Source: Amphiscolops sp. MND2022 (lineage: Eukaryota). From it: a DNA stretch of 64,000 nucleotides. The first letter of the stretch is position 1; every line of letters starts with the position of its first letter. Shown here piece after piece: positions 1-11,349 of this stretch. Under the pieces are notes generated by a model. It saw only the letters and a program-made list of their open reading frames with translations. It was not told the DNA's origin and ran no database searches. Position numbers and translations under genes: made by a program. The stretch lies in NCBI GenBank assembly GCA_964187785.1, contig OZ076409.1, positions 74,712,001 to 74,776,000 of the forward strand, read 5' to 3'.

Positions 1-846
1 TTAGCTCCTTCGTACCTTGATCCCTTCGACTAGAGGTATTCAATTCTTACAAGGAGCTACGTGGAGTTATTTATTAACAGTTGAAGATATCAAGTAAGCT
101 ATTGTCTAGTATAAGTAGTAGGAAGCGTTTGCTATCGTGACTTGTCATTCAGTTCATTTGTGTAACTTGCAATTTATCATTAGGTTATAATTCTTGGCCT
201 AAAAAACTAGGCTTTGCACTACAATAGGGTAGAAAGTTTTTTTTTAATTTTTGGAAAATTTACTTGGAATGTTTCATGAATTGACAGTTGTAGAATATTA
301 GCGAGCGGCGAAAGACCCATGGGTCTGCTGCCATGTGTCACTTGTCTAATCAAATTCAAGTTAGAAACTTTTCCCTTCCAACGGTATGATCCCTCTTGTA
401 CTTTTGATACTTTTTAAACGCTTCTCAAGCACTCTTGGCTCTGAAATTTGCAACCATGCCTTATCCATTCAACTACCATCACGTCTCCAGAACCACTGCA
501 TGTTTTCCCACCGTGGAACCCCTCAAAACATTTCGGGGGCAAATGTCGTTGCCAGTAATTTAGCCTCTGAAGCTCCTCGAAAGGTTCCTCATTTATCCAT
601 TGACCGTCAACCCTCTTCCCGTTTATGCGACATAAGTTGAGAAATTCACCGTCGTCTTGTATACTTTTGGAAGTTCCTTGTTGATTTAGCATACATTTCG
701 TTCGATATTATCTCGATAGACTCTACCAGTCCATCTCGCCTAGTTGGGCCTCTAGAATTTTCTGATCTCATTTTCTTGAGATGAATTGCTTCTATTTATC
801 AGCCACTCTGAGTCCCATAGCCTGGGCCATTTATAACAACCTCTTA

Positions 847-862
847 CTCTCTCTCTCTCTCT
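847..862. repeat. (CT)n microsatellite
   Basis: Run of ct dinucleotides. Confidence 0.8.
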
Positions 863-1244
863 AGAGTTTGAAATTCCTTCTCCCAACAATATATCCATGT
901 TACCGTAATCAGACATGTTATCCATTTCTCTAGACTTCTTTCTCTAGACCTCTAATTGAAGCCATAGAAAAGGTTAAAATGACCTGACCGACTAACAGCC
1001 CCGTTAGGCTTTTCAATGGACAAGGACAGGGGTTGGTATTGAATGTAAAATATCAGTTAAGGTATATAGTTAGGTCACTAGCTAGCACAGTCACTCCAAA
1101 GGGGCATCATTTTAATGTATAATTCCAAGTACATGTTATTTTTCATCAACAAATTATAGTAGACTAAATACCAACACCGACTAATTGAATATTTGGACTA
1201 GACCATTCCAGCTTTTTATCTATGTAGCATCGCAACAATGAATA

Positions 1245-1751
1245 AACAAGACGGGAACGTCCAAAGTCGGCGCCATATATAAGGCTCATAAAGCGCAAGA
1301 CTTCTTTTGAAAGCAAAACTTGAAAATTTTGATTTTTTTCTTTCAGAAAATGTCGCATAGTGCCAAAAAATGTAAAAGGGGGGACCCTTTGGGGTTTATT
1401 AACATATATTCTGTTGGAAAATATAAAAAAACTCGAAAGGGGGACTGTTTTGAGACATTGAAAAATTTTGGAAAAAAGTCGCACAATGCCGAAAAAAAAC
1501 CAAAGAGGGGACCCTTGAGGCACGTCCGGTTTTGTAGGTTACGTTAAAAAAGTAAAAAATAAAAGGGGGGGACCCTTTTGCACTAATTTCTGCTGACCGG
1601 ACTTGGCCTTATGGTAGTAGTTTTAGTAGTTTCGATTGTAAGAAAAGTGGACCAATCAGAGTTAGATTGTAGTCTGACGAAAAAAAAAGGAATTAAAAAA
1701 AACTAGCCACTGTAATAGTCGGGCACTTTTCACTGGGAAAGCGCCGACTAA
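1245..1751 (-). mobile_element. Non-autonomous DINE-1/Helentron-like element
   Basis: Starts AACAAGACGGGAACGTCCAAAGTCGGCGC and ends with stem-loop TAGTCGGGCACTTT...AAAGCGCCGACTA. GTCGGCGC/GCGCCGAC form subterminal inverted repeats. Internal AAAGGGGGGACCCTT subrepeats and A-rich flanks. Family assigned from architecture only. Confidence 0.55.
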
Positions 1752-2282
1752 ATAATGAATAAAGATCAAGCCGTCATTGACTACAATGCCACTGACAGCT
1801 ACGCTAGCTATCCTGAACAGGCAGATATTTGACGGCGCCTGTCTGCCTGTGAGTATAGTTGTCTTATCAAATAATGATTGATGCATTTATACAAAAAATT
1901 TTACAGGTTTGAAAAAGCAAATTATACAACTGTTTTGAAAACTTTAGTTTGTAGTAAAGGAATGGTTCTGGGTAAGGCAGTGTGTCTTGCTTTGTCTATC
2001 GTGTTGGGGTCGCCATCACATGCGGCAGCCTGCGACAGATACAGCGCCAACGGTTGGAATAAAGCGAATTTTCGATCGAAACAAAAACAGCGAATTCGAG
2101 AAGTGTGTTATCATGATTCAAATTGAAAGAATCCGATTTTTGGCACTTGTTAGATGCGAACACTCGCTCTGTAGGACAATTTGGTTGCAGTTGTTCACGT
2201 TGAAAAGAATGGTTGTGTGACACCCTCGGAGCAAGAGCCGAACTTTGGGTACAGGTCTTTCAGACTTGGCAATAGATTATCG

Positions 2283-2698
2283 CTATACTTGCAATAAGTG
2301 GAAGTTAGTCAAAGTTTTGACTAACTTACACCATGTTTATATGCATTCAAAACTCAGTGTTCATTTTAATTCCAATTCATACCACAGCATCGTAAACCAG
2401 TCAAAGTAAACAATGATTCAATAAATAATTAGTTATTACTGAGCTCTACCGTGCATAGTACGTATAAACTGCATTCAATGCAAGTTGCACACGTGAACAC
2501 GTGTGTTTCATCCACGCATTTACGTGCAAATAAAATACCTTGTAGCTTCTAATTAGTACAATTGATTGATCTGTCAACAGGTTTCCTATTTTAACAAAAC
2601 ATAATTTCAAAGCAGCCCTCATTAATAGTTGCCTAACATTTATTTTGGTCCCTGTCGTGAGCACAGTCACCGGAATGATTGGATAACTTGTTATTTTG
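2283..2698 (+). repeat. ~415 bp repeat, inverted partner of 7861-8289
   Basis: Near-identical reverse complement, e.g. GTCCCTGTCGTGAGCACAGTCACCGGAATGATTGGATAACTTGTTATTTTG vs CAAAATAACAAGTTATCCAATCATTCCGGTGACTGTGCTCACGACAGGGAC. Confidence 0.9.
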
Positions 2699-2756
2699 TG
2701 TTCATTATTTATCAAGTGTAGACGCACTACACGCGACCCTGGCTCTACAGTAAAAC

Positions 2757-2800
2757 AACAAGACGGGAACGTCTCGAATCGGTGCCCCGCTGAAAGCGCA
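2757..2800 (-). mobile_element. Terminus of a second DINE-1/Helentron-like copy (extent unclear)
   Basis: ACAAGACGGGAACGTC is identical to the start of the 1245 element. A related end AACAATCCAGGAACGGGCCAAGTTGGCACCCCGCTGAAGGCTCA lies at ~3426. Confidence 0.4.
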
Positions 2801-5340
2801 GCAATGTATTTTTAAAATGCTCGGAGTCTGTGAAGTAGTCTCATTTCTGTAGCTGCTGTAATGAAAATAAGCCATTTTGTTGGTATTTTTAGCTGAACAG
2901 AAACTACCTTTTAGCGTTTTAAAAATATATAAAGCGTTTTAAAAATCGAAATTTATGTTGATACAGCAAATATTGATATGTTGTCAATGGTTCTCGAGCA
3001 AAAATTGTTGATCAGTCTTTCTAACGAAAACGCATCAAACATGTTCTGCATTATCACTAATGAAACCTTTTCAACAAACGCTCACCCAAAAACTGAAGTC
3101 ACCCAACTTTACTGTATTTCAACAGTAATGAAGATTCTATTGCATGCAACATCTCTAGATTTTTAAATCTTTATAGAGATGATATAATCCGGGACAGCTG
3201 AAAACGTAAACTATTCTCTAATAAGATTGCACCATTACATAAAACATCTCAACAAACATTAAAAATTAAGAACCCGAGCTCTCCAATCAAGACACAAAAC
3301 CAGCTAAATTGAGAAGCTTTCAAACGAAGTAAACTTCCTAAGCAAAATGCGAGTTGCAAATGGAATTCTAAAACTTTTATAAGACTGATGTAAAACTGAG
3401 AAAACTTGGGAATACTGTTCTAAAAACAATCCAGGAACGGGCCAAGTTGGCACCCCGCTGAAGGCTCAGAAAAAGCGATACCATTTGAATGAGCTCGAGT
3501 TCAATCATTGAAAAAAAATGTTTGTCAATCTCACAGTGACAAAAGCACCTTATGGGCACCCATGAGATTCGAAAAACACTTTTCATTAAATAAAGACATT
3601 TTGAAGTTGTCAAAAGTCGCAGTGCCAAAAAAACGAAAAAACCTTTGACCTAGTCTAATTTTCCAAACAACAAAAATCTTTTAGTTCCGCTCGAGATTCA
3701 AAACCCACAACCAGATTCTAGGTTGCGAAGCAGGCAGCCTAACCACGAGGCTTGGCCGTAAAGAAAGCCTCACAATCAAGGAATTTTTATGGAATTATAA
3801 AATTTATAGAAAGTGGTCGCTACAGTTACAGCTAAAGAACAAACTTGCAACTATTTTGTGTAAGAATCTTGCATTTTCCAAAAAGCGCCTATTGAAAACG
3901 TTTAGTACCGCATACTTCAGTCTTTTCCTTCATTTCCAATATTTTTCTAGCGCAAAGTAGTTCGAGCAATTAAAGCAACGAGTGTCAGAGCAAACGCTGA
4001 TTCCTTTATCCAGGCTCCTAATTTCAGCGTTAAACTGCAAGCTGAGTGACAATTTTTGCTAATTTCTAGTTTTGCATTTCGACTTAATAAAGGGTTAATT
4101 TTTGCTCCACAGATACTCCAAGCTTTTTCAACACACTCTGCAAGTAGTTAAGTAGTTCCAAAAGAAAACTCAAAATTGTCTGACCAGCAAGCTATTTCAT
4201 TAGATTCCAGGACTAAACTAGTACAATTACAAATATTGAAAGTTCAATCCCTTACAAAATTTAGAAGTTCCAGGAGTTGAAAACTGAATGTATCTCTATC
4301 AGGTCAAAATCTCTTTTATGAGTGAAAATAGGAGTATTCTCTTAACCGCATTACTCAGAACCAGGGTTGTAACAAAAAACAGCTGCGCTTTTAAGCTTGA
4401 CTCCAAATTAGTTCAAAATTAGTTTTGAACTGGAAGGAAAGTAGAATTCATTTCTCAAAGGAAAATTTCTGTCCAAATTTTGCTACTTCGTTTTTAGTAT
4501 GTTATCGATTGTGTAAATCGACAAAAAGCGCCCCCATTCTATAGTCATAAGCGCCTCGCTAAGTTTTGAACTGCTTTCATCGTCTCTAATTAAATCTAAT
4601 TGAAGATGTTCAAACAAAATAATTCACTGGTAATGCCATGTTTAACATTTTCACATTTAACGAATTCCAATTGAAATCGACTTGAATCGTTAATATTGGC
4701 AAATCTGTCAATAAAATGTAAATTATTTTCCGTCCATATTTCATATGGGAAAGAAAAAAATGAATCAGCCGATTTTTTCCCCATAATTTTCCCCAAATGT
4801 TCGAAATTTATACCTAACTGAAGGGTTTTACCCATAGAATTCAACGTAAAAACCGTTCAACAAGTGAAACATTCGTTGTCCAGTAGTAGGCTCTTCGAAA
4901 GAGATAAATGCAATTTTTCAATTTAAAAAAGCTTCAAATCGACACCCGAAAAGCATAAAAACTTTTACAAACAAAAAACACAAACTTTTACAAATTTTAG
5001 CGATTTTATGCAATTTGTCAAACATTCCAAAAATTTGGTGAATTAAAACGTTTAAACGAATTCGTTGTCCAATAGGCTTTTTGGGGATATAAAAGCAAAT
5101 TCGTAACAGAAAATGGCAAAAAAGACCCAAAATAGTCGAAAAATTATTGTGAAAATATGAAAAAGTTAGTGACATAGTGCAACAATTGAATTCGTTGTGG
5201 AGTAGGCTTTTTAATAGATGAATGCAGAAGTTTTCATTAAAAATATGCCTTAGTTTGACACCAAAAAAGTAGAAAAATTGAAATTTTCTAAGCTTGAAAA
5301 CATTCAAAGATGAAGAGACTAGCTATGCAGTGTTTTGTGG

Positions 5341-5358
5341 AGAGAGAGAGAGAGAGAG
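5341..5358. repeat. (GA)n microsatellite
   Basis: agagagagagagagagag. Confidence 0.85.
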
Positions 5359-7860
5359 TTGCTGTTTTGCTTCAAATACATTTCAATGACTTCAATGAGT
5401 GGAGTAAAAATTATTTTCAACGTTTTTATGCAATTCTTGTGGAAAAATTTGAATCGTTTTGATCATAATCTGAAAAGGTGTTCAAAACAATAGCAGTCGA
5501 CATCCACTTGTTTTTTTGAAGACATATTTGCAAATCGGTGTTTGAAAAGAAAACTCAAATGACCTAAAAATTGTCAAAACATCGAAATTTTCGTTTTCGA
5601 CAATTTCAGTGATTGTTTGTGTAAAGCTTCTTGAGTTTAACGGTTTTAAAAGTACAGAATACTTATCAAAGTATTCAATACGCCTTCAAAAGGAAAACTT
5701 GATAGCTTTCTAGGTAGAACAATATCTCAATGGCCCCAATCCCAAATGTTTTTCGAATTTCGTGTAATTTTAGAACTTTGCGAAATTTCGTATGCTAGAA
5801 GAATGAAAACTTTCAACAGCAAACAACTTCGTTGTACAGTAGGCTTTTTGGAACTGAATCGCAGTCTCGCGCTAGAAAAGACACAAAATAATCTCATAAA
5901 ATTTTTCCAATCTTATGGACACTTTCAAATATAAATAAGAGAAATTGTGTATTTGAGAAATTTCAAAAAGGTGTAAACGATATAATTGGGTGTGCATTAA
6001 ATTTTCAAAAAACTGATTTTGCAGTTTTGTATGTAGAAAAGTACCTCAGAATGACCATAAGTGATTGAAAAATCCAAAAGTTTTAGACGTTTTTTGCGAA
6101 GTTTGGTGAAATTTTTGAGCTACTTAATAGATTAGATTTTAGATTGGTGTAAAGATTCAATTTTTTCCTTTATAAAAATTTTTTCACTTGAAACTTCTTG
6201 ACATTTTCATCGCTACTCTTGAGACTCGTAATTATGTCGTTGCTAGAACAGTTCGGACGGAAAATATCCCGCTGGTCAGCGGGCGCCTTGTTTCTTAAAG
6301 CAGCTATTAGTGAATACGCTGTTTTAAAATGGACACTTGTTTTATTCAACTGGAGTTAGGAACTGGAGTCAGCAAGTTGGCGGAGGAAAAGAATGAGCAA
6401 CTTCCATGTAGCCTTTGATAGGGGCGCTTCTGACTGTGTATTTTGGGCGCCTTTGACTAGGGCGCTTTTGTCTGGTAACTGTTATTGATGTATCCATGGA
6501 GCGTTCCTGTAAGTTATTATTCTAGTAAAGAGGTCATTTCTATTGATATCTATTCTCATCAGAAACTACGGACTGCAAAACAAAATCAAACCTTCCATTC
6601 ATACTGACAATGTTGAGTTTTGCATGTTTCGGTTAAATTCGACAGTATTATTACCGAAAGTAAAAATATTTTATATTGCTAAAACAATTTTGAACCAGTT
6701 TGATTCAACTGTCGCGGCATTTCAGATTCGAAATTTTAATTTGCGAAATTACTTCGGAAGAAATTCTAACAATGTTCCGGTGCCTCTTGCTTGGGGTTGA
6801 TAAATTGCGCAATTTTACTGAGAGTGGTTTCTTTAGCGTTATCGCCTTCAATTCCTTTGGCCCATCGAGCGATGGTGTTTGAATTTCATATGACAGGCCA
6901 CAAGTTGACCAACAGTGGATTAGCTGTTTACAGAAACATAGAAACCTTTTCATGCTTGAAACTATGTATGATTCACCCGCAATGCATTTCCATAAATTGG
7001 AACCGAAAAGGATTTTGTCAGCTAAACTCTCAGGATAATTATTCGTTTAAGAGTATTCTCCAAATCGATCCCAATTTCAACTTTTCTGGAATTTCTATTC
7101 TATTGCACACAACATTCTAACACGGCATAAATGTAAAAAAACTACAAAAAGTCTCTAAATTAACATGTGAATGAAGTTTTACAGAATTTACGGCTAGTAT
7201 CGTCACCACAATAAATTTTTAAAAATGTAATCATAAGGTTAGCTATAAAAAGTTTGTTAGTTTTCAATGTTAATTTGTTCCATCATTTGATCAACGTGTA
7301 TAATGTCTCCTCTGTCGTGCTGGGGTTCATGTAAAACAGTATAAGACCTAGTATCGTCGTTAATTTTTTCTCCAAACAACTGCTTCCACGAAAAGTTGAT
7401 ACTTCTGCATTATGGGAATAAAAATTCAACAGCTGACGTTTAAAATTTTTTCATGATTTTATATCCAGATGTTACAATTTTCAGGTTTGGCTGATATCAC
7501 TAATTGAACAGCGATTTCTGTTTATGACTGGACTGTTGCGCAATCGCCCGACAGGGCAATAATTTATCAAAACTTTTTGATCCCTTTCTGCGTTTGGGAA
7601 CTTTGGAGCCCATAGTGATTCTGGGAAGACAACTTTCTCTTCTCGCAAATTCTCCCATTTTGAAGTAGAACTGGAGCCCTGTGGCTTTTTAATACCGAGC
7701 CAGCTTCGCTCGCAATTAGGTATTTTCTCACAAAGCAGCTTCAACTGAATGTTACTAAGGTTGTACAACCGTTAGACTATTTGTTACAACTTTTCTTGAT
7801 GTGCTCACGACAGGGATCAAAATAGATCCTTGCCAATACCCTGGCTCAAAATACCCAGAC

Positions 7861-8289
7861 CAAAATAACAAGTTATCCAATCATTCCGGTGACTGTGCTC
7901 ACGACAGGGACCAAAATTAAAATTAGTTAGGCAACTCAGGCTATTAATGAGGACTGCTTTGAAATTATGTTTTGTTAAAATAGGAAACCTGTTGACAGAT
8001 CAATCAATTGTACTAATTAGAAGCTACAAGGTATTTTATTTGCACGTAAATGCGTGGATGAAACACACGTGTTCACGTGTGCAACTTGCATGGAATGCAG
8101 TTTATACGTACTATGCACGGTAGAGCTCAGTAATGATAACTAATTATTTATTGAATCATTGTTTACTTTGACTGGTTTATGATGCTGTGGTATGAATTAG
8201 AATTAAAATGAACACTGAGTTTTGAATGCATATAAACATGGTGTAAGTTAGTCAAAACTTTGACCACATTCCACTTTTCGGAAGTATAG
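7861..8289 (-). repeat. ~425 bp repeat, inverted partner of 2283-2698
   Basis: Reverse complement match as above; followed by further GACTAACTT subrepeats to ~8470. Confidence 0.9.
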
Positions 8290-8549
8290 GAGTCCCTCAA
8301 TTTGCAAAAAGTGGAAGTTAGTCAACGTTTTGACTGACTTACGAAAAAGAGTATTTTTGGACTAACTTCCGCTTTTTTCTAATTACGTGTTTTGACTAAC
8401 TTACACAATTTTCCATTACGCGCGTTGATTTTGCTACACCGTTGAAGCATAGACCGTCTTGACTAACTTACGCTGAATGACCATTTTACCATTTTACTCA
8501 GATTACGCAGCTTGACTGACAGCAGCTTACCGGTACGTGTATCGTAATG

Positions 8550-9209
8550 CCCCTTTTTGTGACCGCTTTTTGACCTTGTGCACCAAAATGCCAACATCTT
8601 GAGGCCTAATGAGGCATTCAAATCTGTACAAAGATAAAATGTTAGACAACCGAAGTCCCGGAAGATCTTTAGCATATACCGGAAGTTACCCCCCATGACC
8701 GGAAGTTACCCAATGTGACCGGAAATGGTCCAAAAATTAATGTAAAGTTGAATTTTTCACTATTTCAAGACCACTTAATTGAAACTTTTCAATCTCAAAA
8801 CTAGCGTACTGGCTTGTTTTGCTGAATTTATGAAAATTGATGAGCTCTATCGCCCCCGATAGCCTTCGAAGTTGACCTTGCGTCAACTTTGGAGGCTATC
8901 GATAAAGAAAAATGAACAACAAAGTACATTGTTGCTCTCGTTTTTTTCCCGTTGTTTTTCCTCAAACATTCTTGAGACATATACATGGCCGTTAGTTGAA
9001 ATCAATATTTAGCCCATGTTATAGCTGGAGCAGCGAAGCGTTACACAGACTAGTGTGGTTTTGAAATCACACTATTTAAATTAACAACTGACCGTCTTAG
9101 TCAACTCCACACATTCATACCAACGCCCACCGTCTGTGGGCATGCCGAGGCATGCCCTTCGACGACGTATGACGAATCCACTCCAACGACACCCGCAGTC
9201 CTCAGCTAG
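8550..9209 (+). mobile_element. Unit 0: family A, 5'-truncated
   Basis: Matches the 3' half of 15690-17078 from CCCCTTTTTGTGACCGC onward; ends CTAG. Confidence 0.85.
9121..9170 (+). other. Representative conserved 3' subterminal module CAACGCCCACCGTCYGT-RGGCATGCC-GA-GGCATGCCY-TTCGACGACG
   Basis: Intact in 25 of 32 unit ends, disrupted in 2 and absent in 5; 9-bp perfect stem at 9138-9157. Confidence 0.9.
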
Positions 9210-10280
9210 GTGGTCAAGGGGGATGCCCATCAGAAAACATTGCGAGGCCGGGGAGGGTCCCGAGAGCCGAGCACATTCTATCAATTCCTACCTTCAGGAT
9301 TGCGAAGTATTTTAACCGATCTCGAAATTCACCCGTAGGATTTGTCTGAAACTTTGCATGTGGCTTTATGACAAAAATTTAAGAACTTTTTTCTGCTGAC
9401 GTTTTTCCAGGAAAATTCATTTTGTAGGGTTTTTTTGCGTTTTTTTTGGTTTTTTTCATCTTTTTTCATCTTTGATTAATCAATGACCGAATCAAAGGCC
9501 ATTTTCACCATGAAGGAAAGCCCGTAGCGGCAAAGTGCACTTTTATGAAAATCATCAACGGTCAACGGTCTTTCGAACGGTCCAAAAAAATTTCCCCCCG
9601 GGGGAAACCAAAGTGCCGAAAAGTGCCAAAATTATTTTTTTGACTGAATCACTTTGATCAAATTGATGATTTGAGCAGCCGGAACGGTCCGCACGGTCTC
9701 GGACAATAAGGTCAAAAATTGTCAGCATCCAATGGGGGTTCCAAAAATGTAATTCGTTCACCTGTAGGAGACATCAGAAAAAAGTTGATTTTTTGGGGTA
9801 TATGTCATTATGAGTGATTGGATGAGAAATAATTGTATCACTTTCAGTTGGATATGATGCAGCACAGGAAGCAGCTGCAGCAAACTTGAAACTGATTATG
9901 GGGCTGGGGTTTACCCTCTGTATCGAGCAAAACAGCCCTAGGGCATAAGTTGTGCCAAAAAATGCCTCAAAGTGATGATTAGGTTATTGCAAATCGATCA
10001 GCAAAATTTATTGTCACCGGTGTTCCGAGAGTTGCGCAGCATCTCGCAGGAACAACGGTGCTTGCTTAGAAAGCAAAAAACCACAAAATCCCTTGAGTTA
10101 AGTTGACGGCAGTCACCATAGACATTCACTCGTCAGGGTGATGATATTTATCGTTCAATCCCAGAATAACTTACAAAAAATTGCTAGCCTCAATATTTCT
10201 TTTTCATACTCCATTAGCAAAGGTTGCGCTGTTAAGTTTAGGCCTTTTACTAGCAGTGCTCTAAATCGCTCCATCGCTAG
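9210..10280 (+). mobile_element. Unit 1: family B (1071 bp)
   Basis: Head GTGGTCAAGGGGGATGCCC; homologous to units 2 and 14; no GGCATGCC hairpin. Confidence 0.85.
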
Positions 10281-11349
10281 GTGGTCAAGGGGGATGCCCA
10301 TCAGAAAATATTGCGAGGCCGGGGAGGGTCCCGAGAGCCGAGCACATTCTATCAATTCCTACCTTCAGGATTGCGAAGTATTTTAACCGATCTCGAAATT
10401 CACCCGTAGGATTTGTCTGAAACTTTGCATGTGGCTTTATGACAAAAATTTAAGAACTTTTTTCTGCTGACGTTTTTCCAGGAAAATTCATTTTGTAGGG
10501 TTTTTTTGCGTTTTTTTGGTTTTTTTCATCTTTTTTCATCTTTGATTAATCAATGACCGAATGAAAGGCCATTTTCACCATAAAGGAAAGCCCGTAGCGG
10601 CAAAGTGCAATTTTATGAAAATCATCAACGGTAAACGGTCTTTCGAACGGTCCAAAAAAATTTCCCCCCGGGGGCAATCAAAGTGCCGAAAAGTGCCAAA
10701 TTTATTTTTTTGACTGAATCACTTTGATCAATTTGATGATTTGAGCAGCCGGAACGGTCCGCACGGTCTCGGACAATAAGGTCAAAAATTGTCAGCATCC
10801 ATTGGGGGTTTCAAAAAGTAATTTGTTCACCTGTAGGAGACATTTGAAAAAAGTTGATTTTTTGGAGTTTTGGCATTATGACTGATCGGATGATAAATCA
10901 TTGCATCACGTTGAGTTGCATTTGATGCAGCACACGAAGCAGCTGCAGCGAACTTGAAACTGCTTAGGGGGTTGGGGTTTACTATCTGTAACAAGCAAAA
11001 TATCCCTTGGGCAAAAGGTATGCCAAAAAGTGCCTCAAAGTGTTAATTAAGTAGTTGCAAATCGGCTAGCAAAATTCATTGTCACCGGTGTTCCGTGAGT
11101 TGCGCAGCATCTCGCGGGAACAACGGTGCTTGTTTCGAACGCAAAACCCAACATACCTCTTTGGTGACGTGACGGAGGTCACCATTGGCCTTTTTCGGCA
11201 GTGTGATGATATTTTTATTGTTGAGTTGTGAACAACATACACAAAAGGTTTAGCGTGGGATAATTGTTTGTATCATACTTCAGTAACAAACTTTCAACCG
11301 TTTTGTTTAGGCCTCTACCTAGCAGTGCTCTAAATCGCTCCATCGCTAG
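10281..11349 (+). mobile_element. Unit 2: family B (1069 bp)
   Basis: Same head and tail as unit 1, with a diverged 3' half. Confidence 0.85.

Noticed and set aside
380..840. Degenerate LTR-retrotransposon gag-like fragment on the minus strand
   Set aside because: Multiple stop codons and no motif I can identify confidently; needs TBLASTX.
4520..6475. Short inverted motifs (GACAAAAAGCGCCC at ~4520 and GGGCGCTTTTGTC at ~6460) as transposon TIRs
   Set aside because: The match is short and imperfect, and no boundaries or target-site duplication could be defined.
9121..9180. Hammerhead or other self-cleaving ribozyme in the 3' module
   Set aside because: No CUGANGA...GAAA core flanks the stem on either strand by eye. 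An Rfam or RNAMotif search would be needed to exclude other classes.
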